DNA from: the human T2T-CHM13v2.0 reference genome, Homo sapiens | Length of the DNA stretch: 64,000 bases | Reading direction: 5' to 3' (one strand) | Assembly (NCBI RefSeq): GCF_009914755.1 | Contig: NC_060933.1 | Shown: piece by piece, positions 53,795 to 64,000 of the stretch | Position numbering within the stretch: position 1 is the first letter of the stretch | Layout: each line of letters begins with the position of its first letter | Notes under the pieces: model-generated | Database searches by the model: none | Seen by the model: the letters and a program-made list of their open reading frames with translations, nothing else | What the model was told of the DNA's origin: nothing | Translations under genes and position numbers: made by a program

Positions 53795-53908
53795 GTAACA
53801 TATATAATAGGACAGGTAAGACTGGTGAGCACTGTAACTAAATCTGGGACTGTAACATATATAATGGGACAGGTAAGACTGGTGAGCACTGCAACTAAAT
53901 CTGGGACT
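53795..53908. repeat. 57-bp tandem duplication (2 copies, 2 mismatches)
   Basis: gtaacatatataat(a/g)ggacaggtaagactggtgagcactg(t/c)aactaaatctgggact twice. Confidence 0.97.
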
Positions 53909-55449
53909 TTTGTGTGTGGTAGTGTTATCAGCATTATTCTTCTAGTATGAGAATACAAGCAAAGAGCAGCATTCTCCACTGTCATGAATGCCCGGCCCTC
54001 ACAGCTGACGAGGTAAAAAACACTACCAGACAATCACACCCCACATTCTCCAGAGGCAACACTGCAACCTCCCTGGGGCATTGTCTTGGTATTCCTTAAA
54101 TATAAGAAGCCAAATAGACCTTTTAACTATGTCTCATTTGTGTAGTCCAGCTGTTAAGTAGCAAAATAAAAAGCATAAGCATCAATGAATATACTACAAG
54201 GAAAGGAAGGGGTACTTTGGTACACAATTTTTCCACTAAACAAAGTCTCTTTTCACATCGTGTGTGCCAATTAAAATATATTACATTATTACATATGCAT
54301 AAGCTTATGTGAAAATCCTTTTTAGATTTCAATGTACAGATATTTAAATATTGGAAAAATAGAATTGTTAAAATTTTCTGGGCTGATATGAGGCATTTAC
54401 AAACTTTTACAGATTTAAAAACACTGTCTGCAAAGATTTTTAGAAATACAAGGTCTCTAGATGTACAGCTTGACATAGTACAATTGATTTTGTTTTCAGA
54501 GACTACTCTGGTTAAAAAATAGGATTATATTTCAGGGATTGTTTTGTTCAAAATATCAAATTTCACAGATGATTTATTCCATAATGATAATGCATCTTCT
54601 GTGCTTATTAAATTAAAAAAAAAAAACATTATAGCAAGGAATCTAATACCAAAGACATGTCCTTAAACATTTGGCTAAAAGCCAAATTCCTTAAAGTTTA
54701 AAGCAGCTGCTCAGTTTGTATTTAAAGTCATAGAGATACATTTTAAATTCTTTCCCAATAATACATATTTTTTCACTATAGAATAACCCTGTTTACATTG
54801 AAACACACAATCAAGCAAAGGAAAACTCTTCGAATGTATCAAGAGCAATCCCTGTATCAACACCAAACTTGATTCTCTGGTGGAAGGATTAGACATTGAG
54901 CACAAGTAAACCTTTGGAAACATTTTCTGTGGAGTGAAGGCAGAAGGTGGATCAGAATTCTAACCTCCACCCTGAGAGTTCTACACATGGCGGACAGTGA
55001 AAATCTGGCAGCTGCATGTTCCCAGTTTTGCAATTCTCTGCAGGAAATGGGCATCTGCCCCAATTTCAGCAAAACATTGGGACTATGGTAAAGGGAAGCT
55101 TTTTGTTCTTCATTAGCTCAATACAATTTGCATTCTGTAGTTTTTTTCATCCATTTGATACGGACTTTTCACAGTGATATACAAACTCATATTGAAATAA
55201 ACGGTATCACAAAATACTCTTGAAAAGCTTAGAACTTGAAGGACTTAACTGTTTACTTAGAGAAGTTTACTTAGAGAAAAATGGGAGAAAATGCTGTGAA
55301 CCTTTTCCTTTAGGTAACTCAAATTAAATATTTGGATGAAAATAAATCATTGAAGGACTACCTAAACTCATGCCTGTGACATTTTTAGAGTATTATAATA
55401 AATGGACACATTCAAATAATTATTGTACATGTTACTAAAAGCACTATCT

Positions 55450-55523
55450 TTTAGTGCTCTGCCTATGGGGTAACCATTCTTTACTTTCTTAATAAACTTG
55501 CTTTTGCTTTTTTTTTTTTTTAA
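55450..55523 (+). mobile_element. TSD-flanked short retrocopy of a MER41-like LTR poly(A)-signal region
   Basis: tgctctgcctatgg.gta.ccattct...ttactttcttaataaacttgcttt; 13-bp TSD aaaagcactatct at 55437-55449 and 55524-55536. Confidence 0.8.
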
Positions 55524-56603
55524 AAAAGCACTATCTAGAAGGCTTCATATTGCAAAATGACAAGTTTTTTTGAGTTTAGAGGCAGAAAGCATTACTGATA
55601 AATCTTACCAAATGAAGGCCAATACACTAACTAAGTTAGCCCAAACATATTTGGTCTTGATAACCTTGTTTTAATTTGCCTCCTTTGTGCATTGGGGATA
55701 TATTCTTTGTAAAACTGTTTCTGAAACTTTCTAAAAATAGGTGGATTTTAAAAAGCAAGGGGATGCTCCATGATATAATAGCACATCTTTCCATAATGCA
55801 AATGAAGTGCTTTGAATAGACATTAGTATCCATTCATTTGCATTTCGGGGGGTTGAATTCAAATATTGATGTAGTTAGTATTCCTACAGCACAGTCAACT
55901 ACATTTGACATATACTGTAAAATGTAATTTGACTATATGTAGGAATGTGGGTAACTTAGGCAAACCTCTATTTCACAAAATCAGTTTGTCCCCACGGCCA
56001 TTTTGTATTTTTATAATTCAAAAGATAATCCTTATAGTCATGCAATATAATAGATCCCTCCAGCTTTTACTGAAGAGGTACTACAATTTATTTTGCTGAC
56101 ACTTGCAGGTTGATAACCTGGTGTATGAGTAGGAAAGTAGGGGGAGGCTAACTGATTGGCAGCAGCCAGGATGCCCACCTCCATATTCTGAGAGGTAAAA
56201 GAGCCATGACAACTGCCTTCAGTTCTGTCCCTCTCCCTGGTTGAAATATCGGGTGTGAAGACATGGCAGAGGCTGAGGCCATGAAATCAACCAGGTACAA
56301 CTTTTTTCAAGTATCGGCCTGGAATTTCTACTCTAAGGCTTTAAGAGATTGCCTCAACAATTTGCCTTGTTAACAGGAATAATGTAGTAACTAAGGAAAA
56401 TTAAATGCATTCATTGGCAAAGTGAGAAAAGCATCATCTTTCTTGCTCAGCCAATCAATGATGATGCATGACATGATCAGGATAGAATTCGGAGCAACAG
56501 CAGAAAACTTGCTTCTGGTTACACTGGCTTCCTAATTTGGTTAACTTTACTTCCTCAGGTAAAATATGAGAGGAAAGAAAGCAAAAGACAAAACAATAAC
56601 ATC

Positions 56604-56969
56604 TGTATTAGTTGGCTTGGGCTGCCACAACATAATATCATAGACTGAATGGCTTAAAGGACAGAAATATATTACCTCACATGTCTGGAGGCTGGGAAGC
56701 CTGAGATCAAGGTGCTGGCTGATTAGATCTCTGGAGAGGGCTCTCTTTCTGGCTCGCAGACAGTATCCTCTCCTTGTGTGCTCCATGGCAGAGACAGAGA
56801 GTGACCTCTCTAGTGTATATTTTCATAAGGACCCCAATCTGTAACTATACTCTTATGACCTTATTTAAACTGAACTATCTCCTCAAAGGCCCTATCTCCA
56901 AATACAGTTACATTGGGTGTTGGGGTTCTAGCATATACACTTTGGAGGACCAGAATTCTGTCCATAGCA
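56604..56969 (-). mobile_element. MLT1B/MLT1A-like MaLR solo LTR
   Basis: tgtattagtt.gcttgggctgcca.aac...tctggaggctgggaag.ctgagatcaaggtg...tccatagca; TSD acatc/acaac. Confidence 0.9.
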
Positions 56970-57069
56970 ACAACCAAAACCTGTTAGCAATCTGTCACGT
57001 GTAACAGAAGAAGACAAAGGAATGATACAAGATTACGGCATGATGTTGCACAAACGCTGTACCTAAACA

Positions 57070-57200
57070 AGAAATACAGTCATCACTTCAGAGCTTATTA
57101 GAAATATAGACTCTGAAACCCCACCCTAGACCTACTGAGTCACAATCTGCATTTTAACAAAATCCTGAAGTGATCTTTATAGACATTAAAGTTTAAATCA
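57070..57200. mobile_element. MER5A/B hAT-Charlie fragment
   Basis: gagcttattagaaat.taga.tct...ccccaccctagacctactgagtca.aatctgcattttaacaa. Confidence 0.8.
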
Positions 57201-59314
57201 ATCAATGTTATAAAATTCATAATAAAAGCAAGGGTTAATTTTGTCCATTGTGTTGGAACCTTCTTCCACAACTAGAACTGCCAAATGTATCCACTGTAAC
57301 AATATTAATATTCTTAGGAAAAACTTACAAAGTTTATTAGTATTATTTTTCTTATTGTAGGCAAAAGTAATCTATTAATTTAATTTAATAGCTTGACCTT
57401 TTGTTACTATAGCCTGTGATAGACCACTAGATTCCTTGCCCAGAAAGTTTAGCAAACAACTTCCAGGCCTTAACATAAACTGAAACTTTGGTTAATTGTA
57501 CCATTAGCTTAAAACATGCTATTCATCTTTTACAAGAGTTCTGTGTTTAAAAATGGCATTATTTTTGAAATAAATAGCACTTTAAGCTAGGCATATTTTT
57601 CTAGAACACAGGGAGTGCGACATTACTTATAATGGAATTTTCAATTATGTAGCATTTCAAAGCAACTTTAAAAAATTTATTCCATAATGTCAAAAATGTA
57701 GAGTTATGCCCACAAAGCTTAATATTTTGGCATAGTTCTAGAAAAGTGCTTAATAAATCAAAAACCCTACTTATAACTGGCATTTATAGGTCCCTACCAT
57801 ATATTTTCTTAATATTCTGTCTAAACACGAAAACAGATGAAATATGCAAAAGAATACAATTATCTTTGCCAATGAGAAACAACAGATACACCCTATTATC
57901 AGTCTTCAAACTATTAGCATTAGGAGATCACTGAAAATATCAATAGATGTTGTTTACAGTTTGAAGTGAACTGTGAATAAAAGTGACATATTCCCCATGT
58001 AATAATTTTTGAAAATTTGAAGGAATATATTTTAATGTTAACATATATTCTTGGTTAATTTTACAGTACAATATTCAAATTTATGCCAGAACTCTTAATG
58101 GATGCCTCATTTAAAAAACAATGCAGATTAATAATGGATGACTTGCATAATTATTAGCTAAACTGCAACAAGTATACAGTCCATATTACTAAACTATGAC
58201 TTTTTCTTACTGTAACTATATTTTTGGTTTGTGTGTTTTAAATCTGAACTACAATGGAAAGGTATAAGAATTTCTACTTATGAGAAACATAAAGAAAACT
58301 GTGATGTGATAAAGCACTAATACTGTATTATAGATCCCCAGCTTGTTTATAATATAGCTCTAAGTGGGCAGATATTTTTGGAAGGGCCCACTGAGTAACT
58401 GAGGAATAGAGCTGTGTGGGGGAGGTGGCATCAACATGTCATCATAATACTTGAGGGGATTGTACAGCATAAGGCACAATGTCTAATCTCTCAGAAGTGT
58501 GATTATTTCATGAAAACCACACCCCACTGAGCTGCCTTATTGCTGTTATAAAAAATCTTTATTATAGGAAGCTCTTTTGTGCTGTAAGAAGATGAATTCC
58601 ACACTTTAGAATGTTAAACAGCAGTTTCAGCAGAGTTCTCTAGTTCACACAGATTAATCTACCCCTTTGGAATATTCATGATTCAATCAGAATGCTCTCT
58701 AAGTCTTGGCAATTTTACCATTGTAAAATAAACTAGGTATATTCTGATGAAACAGCCTATGCCTAACAAATGCCTTCATTATTTTTTTTAAAAGTATTTT
58801 ATGGATTCTGTTACTATCAAAGAACATCTCTCTATGAAAGTAGACATCATTCCACTAGAGCAAATTGGTATTATTAAAAAACTTGGTACTTGAGAAAAAC
58901 AGGATAAAACCAACACATTATCAGGCAAAGTGCATTGACAATGCAAATCAAATGCACGTGGTTTAATTATAATTGAGTATTAACTGAAGAACTGAGGATT
59001 ATAAATGATATGCCTCTGGTGAAGAGTTCGGCTGAGTACATTACATATTCATTAGCTTTCCATTTTTATTCCCTAAATGTCCAGTCCTTTTTCCTATACA
59101 CCTGGAATTATGCTTGCATGGCTGAAATGAATATTTTGAATTCAGAAGACCATGTTTATGTATAAAAAGGATATAGAACTAAGTATTGAATATAACAAAT
59201 GTATTTCTACTAATCTGCTTACTTTCATCTGATTAGAAGATCATGTTGGTTTTGTACAAGGCCAGAACATTCTATAAAGACTACTCAAAAATTAACTTTA
59301 GAAGGAGTATTGGA

Positions 59315-59450
59315 GATTTCCTCAAGATTCTTACAAATGAGGAAGTTGAGAGAGAGACAGGCAGCTACAGTCAGTGACTCCCTCAGATCCCACACAGAAC
59401 TGGTGATAGACTCAAGAGTAAGAAGCCTAGGCACATGACTCCTGCTTTAG
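59315..59450 (-). mobile_element. MIR fragment
   Basis: ttacaaatgaggaagttgag...gtgactc.ctcag.tc.cacacag. Confidence 0.55.
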
Positions 59451-60835
59451 TGAAGTTTATTTTAGATAAGTTTCAGATAAAAATGTATTGTGTTTGCTGG
59501 ATATTATGTGTATGGGGAGGGAGAAAGGGAAAGGCCATTTCAGGAAAATTTTCAATTTTAAATAGGTGGTTCTCATTGCGTAAACTTCATTTTCAACACA
59601 GTTATTCTTATTTGGCATGTTCTTTCTAAGACTGCCTCTGATTTGGCTCCATTATTGAAATTTAAGTATGGCTTTCATTTATAACTTTGAAAGAAGTGCT
59701 GAAAATGGGGGATAATAAAATATCTCTGCTCTAGTTTAGATAATCCAATAGTCTACAGTGAAAATTGGAAAATTTAAACTAAAGTCATTATTAATGATTA
59801 AGGTAAACGTATTAATTATGGTTATATTTTTATATCTTTATGACTTACAACAACTTAAACTGGCTTACCTAGTTTATTTCATCCATTAATGACTTTTAAA
59901 TGATATCACACTTAAATTTTCTAAGTATGTGCTAACTGCTTTACTATCTTTTCTGAAGAAAGTACATCATTGTTTTATAACATAATAGTTTTCTGGACTC
60001 TGTAAGATATGTCTTAAGCTAAGAGTTAATCATCTTTCACAATAAAAAGATACATGGGATTCAAATTGATACATTTGCTAATTGCTGATGTCTACATGTT
60101 GTCTATGAACTGAAATTGCTCAAAGACCTTTTCCCCAAAAAATCAGTTTGATAATTTGATTGACTTCCTGTTACTTTGGTGAATACTAACTTGATCCAGT
60201 GAATTGGTTAAACTCATTTATACACGTATACTGGCATCTATGGCAACTCAAATCCATAGGGAATAATTGTTCCTGTTTTGTCTTTTTTCTACAAAGAGTT
60301 ATGATTAATATAATGAAACTTCTTGATAAAAAGTACATAGTTTTATTAAAATATTATCAGACAGCAGAAGGGGAAAGCTGAACTAAGATGGAACTTTCCA
60401 GAATCATTGCAAATGGTTTCTAGAGAAAAAAATTTTTTTAAATTATGTCTATGATTAGCTCATCTGATCCATTAACATATGAGCTTTAGGTAAATATGTC
60501 ATAGGTGACAACCAGACAGAAATTACCTGAACAGTTTCAATAAGACACACTGAACAAGCCTTAACATCTTTATCGAAGACCAACCATCGTAAGAAATATA
60601 GAGCACCTCTTACAAGGAACACTATATAAGAAGATGAACATGATTGATGAAAAATTCCTCACACCTCGGAGAAAAACAACTCATGCTGGTTGCTTTATGC
60701 CAAATTCCTTGTGCTACAAATCTATCTATGCAGAACCCACTTCCTCACACATCACCCAATGCTATCAGTGTCTTGAACTAAACGTGGGTGCTTCCTACAA
60801 AGCCCTATTGAGACATCACTAGCTGAGAAACTTAC

Positions 60836-60937
60836 CTTGAGACATAATCTTTTTCATGTAAAGGATAGCGCATTTAAGAATTCTAGACTCTGGCCTTTGA
60901 ACAGTTTCACAACAGGAAGATGGAAAAAGAAGTCAGC
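60836..60937 (-). ncRNA. Candidate 102-nt non-coding internal exon (predicted from splice signals only)
   Basis: Acceptor ttctctgttgcttttcctccag|G with a long AG-free zone; donor AAG|GTAAGT; stop codons in all three frames. Confidence 0.35.
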
Positions 60938-61819
60938 CTGGAGGAAAAGCAACAGAGAATTTTGCCCAATAGAACATAAAATACAGAACACAAGAAGAGG
61001 AGAAGGGGAAAGAACTAGACAGTTTGAATAGTGTCTTTAGGGTATTTAGGAAGGTCATAATATAGTATCATATTGATGCATCTCATTCAGACTTGCCATG
61101 TTAAAGAGTATGAATACCTCCTTTTCTTCACAAGCCCAGACAGCAGCAGGAACTCCTAATATATTTTTTGTTTTCAGGAGCCTGTTACTGAGGAAAATTT
61201 ATGGTTCCCTCTTCTGGAATTCTAGGATCCTATTGCACATAAGAAAATAATAAATCAATTGGGTCAAATTTATCAGTATCTAAAAATGAATTGACGTTAC
61301 CTCTACCAGATATTATTTGCACTTAAAAGGCTGCTTTATATGAGATAGGTAAAGTGGGGGAAGAATAGTGGTCATTTTAGATGGCTAGGTAGCTTTACTT
61401 TGGGAATCAAAGATGCCTTCAGGGAAATCTAGTAGGCAGTGGTCTGTTTCTCTGTGCAAAGGGCAAGACTGGTGGGACATGCTTGCTGGCCTCAGATCAA
61501 AGCTATTATTTGGATGAAAAATCTAATATCAGGGGATTAAAGCAAATTTTACTTTTACTTACAACCTATTTAATAAAGCTATCTTAATCCCTATCTATCT
61601 CAGAAGACTCACTTTTTCCTTACTGTTATTATTATTGATGATACCAAATCAGTCAGGATGATAAAACTCAGCCCAGGGAATTTAGTGGGTAGTGAAGGGT
61701 ATGGGCAGAAGGTGACAAGTGGAGGGAGAGGGGTAATTGAATAAAAATGGAGGTTAAAAATATAAAAATGTGGGAAAGAGGAAAGAACATTGTATTGTTT
61801 CAAGGTTTTGTCTTTTATC

Positions 61820-62045
61820 TACAGTGGAGTAATGAGATCTTGGATCTTGGGTAAACAGTTGGAATGAGCCACAGTTTCCTTATCTTAGGAGATAAGTACT
61901 TTGACTATCTCACAGGGTTGCTATGCAGAACATTTAAACTATAAGCTGCATGAAGGTAACCTCTCTAACTATTCTGGTTATCATTGTATCTTTCACTTAA
62001 CATGGATATCATATAATAGGTACTTAACAAATGTTGAGTGAATTA
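61820..62045 (+). mobile_element. MIR fragment followed by an L2 3' end
   Basis: cagtttccttatct...tctcacagggttgctatg; aataggtacttaacaaatgttgagtgaat. Confidence 0.55.
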
Positions 62046-62224
62046 AAGACATATTTCACAATCATATGAAGATATGGTCATTGACTAATTTGCATTAAGG
62101 GCTACACCAGATAATAAATATATCTAAATTTTGTTTCCAACATACTAAAGGAGGACTTTAATTCACAACCAAAAAGATGATAGATATTGTTAGATACTTC
62201 TATTTCATATTTATATGGCTTTTT

Positions 62225-62355
62225 TTCTAAAGTGCATTATCATAATTTCTGTTTACTCTTATAATACTTTGGTGAAATAGGTTAAGAAAGTAATATCAAA
62301 ATTTTACAGGAAAAGAGGCTTACAAATGAGGTGAAGTAACTTGATCAAAGACATC
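62225..62355 (-). mobile_element. MIR fragment
   Basis: ttttacaggaaaag.ggct...gaggtgaagtaacttg.tcaaag. Confidence 0.55.
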
Positions 62356-62675
62356 CCCCTTTCTACCATCCCCGAAGTACAATCACGGTCATATGTTAAG
62401 TTTCCTTACATACTGGTGAAGCCCTTGAGTAATTTTTTTCCATTTCTTTTTTCATACACATCACAACCCTTCTAAGATCCTAGTTTCATGTAGTGGAGTT
62501 AGTAGTATTATTTGCACGGTATGGGAGAAGACCGAGATTCTTTATTTTTCTCCTCTAATGTGAAATTACAACCTCAGCCCCTAGCCTGGAGAAAATATCT
62601 CCAGGTCTGAAATCCCATCAGCTATCTGGCCCTGGCTTCCTCCTACTGTTTTGGCATTTTACTTTTTGTGATAAC

Positions 62676-63190
62676 TGTGGCTTAAAAACATTATGTCCAC
62701 AATCTCTTTGACACTCTCTGACACTCCTCCCTATAAGAGACAAAGGCTTGAGTATGGGCTGAACTTAGGTACTTGCTTCTAATGATTAGAATAAAGCTCA
62801 AGTAATCATGTATGACTTGGAGAACAGGCCATAAAAAGATATCACAACTTCTTTGTAGTTCTTTCCTTCTTGAATTACTTATCTGGGGGAAGCTAGATCA
62901 CCAATAAGCAGCCCACATGGTAGGAAACTCAGGCCTCCAGCCCACAGGCAGTGAAGAACGGACACATCCTGCCCATAGCCATGTGAATGAGCCATCTTGG
63001 AAATGGATCCTCCAGCCCTTTCCAACCCTTTAGATGACTGTAGCCCAAGCTGAAACTTGATTGCAGCCTAATGAGGGACCCAGAGCCAGAACCATCCAGC
63101 TAAGCTGTTCTTAAATTCCTGGCCCACAGAAATGATGAGATAATATTTTGGTGGTAATTTGTTATTCAGTGATAGATAGATAAGTAATGC
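62676..63190 (+). mobile_element. MLT1F/G-like MaLR LTR
   Basis: tctttgacactc...gccatgtgaatgagccatcttggaaatggatcctccagccc...agagccagaaccatccagctaagctg. Confidence 0.85.
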
Positions 63191-63560
63191 CCTATTTTTC
63201 CAAGCATTTCTGTTTCTGTAGTGGGAGAATGCAGGCTGTCTATATCATGTCAGTTGGTCATGTTAGCTGAAATTGCTGGGCACAGTAGCCCATACAATAA
63301 AATGTACAAACATAGATGAATTACATTTTACATATATATGCCTGTATTTCTAAGGTATCACTTGCTTATATTAAATAATTGCTACTCTTATAACCCCTGT
63401 GCTTCAATGAAGACATTCATTCTTCATGCAGGAATATTCATAAGAATTGAATTCAATTAAATAGGATGTGGTCAGCTTTCTCTCAAAATGTGTTACTGTA
63501 GAAACTCCCAGAAGGAATAAGAAATGTTGAAAAAATTTAAACTCATTCTTTTTATAAATA

Positions 63561-63646
63561 CATCTTATTGAATTATTAGATTGCAAATACACATATGTGC
63601 ACACATATGTGCATGTGTATTTGCAAATCAATAGTTCAATAATATG
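63561..63646. repeat. Inverted repeat with about 34-bp arms
   Basis: catcttattgaattattagattgcaaatacacat pairs with atgtgtatttgcaaatcaatagttcaataatatg. Confidence 0.85.
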
Positions 63647-63764
63647 CACACATATATGCATGTTGATATATGTTGATATATACAGTATATATACATATCT
63701 GAATGTGTGTGATCATATATATAATTAATCTACTACTGTATCTTTTTTTTCTCATATGGCAATA

Positions 63765-63985
63765 AATACATGGACTTTAGGGTAAACAGGTTTAAATCTC
63801 ATTTTGATGCCTTGCTAGTTCTATGAACTTGAAAAAACTTACTTGATCACTGTTTCTGTTCCTGCATTTGTAAAATGAATGAAATCTTACAATGTCATAG
63901 AGTTACTATGGAGATTAAACGTCATTATGTATTTCAAATGCCTAGCGTAAAGCCTAGTTTAAGAAGCACACATAAACTATTAATT
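63765..63985 (+). mobile_element. MIR
   Basis: ggtttaaatctc...ttgctagttctatgaacttg...catttgtaaaatg...gagattaaa. Confidence 0.7.
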
Positions 63986-64000
63986 TCTTTTCCTTTTCCC

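Noticed and set aside
53795-53908. CRISPR-like array
   Set aside because: Two adjacent copies with no spacers, eukaryotic context, no cas genes.

Overview
AT-rich, CpG-poor primate (human-like) intronic or intergenic DNA. I can support no protein-coding exon, CpG island or intact RNA gene. The listed ORFs are chance frames or translated repeats (Alu, L1, THE1/MLT, microsatellites). The window is a layered transposon record: Alus (J, S and Y types), a young 5'-truncated L1PA, old L1M, L2, L3 and MIR pieces, MaLR and ERV LTRs (several with target-site duplications, one nested three deep) and Tigger3/MER58/MER5 DNA transposons. Repeat-poor blocks between them carry enhancer-like motif clusters. 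Most notable findings: (1) inside the TSD of the L1PA at 15.2 kb sits an inverted 5' half of tRNA-Ile(UAU) with an 11-nt deletion that begins exactly at G26, which looks like reverse transcriptase stalling on a modified base and jumping; (2) a 74-bp TSD-flanked retrocopy of only the poly(A)-signal end of a MER41-like LTR transcript; (3) a decayed Tc1/mariner transposase catalytic region; (4) a strongly defined non-coding exon candidate on the minus strand. Repeat family names come from recalled consensus sequences, not a database search, and boundaries of old repeats are approximate.
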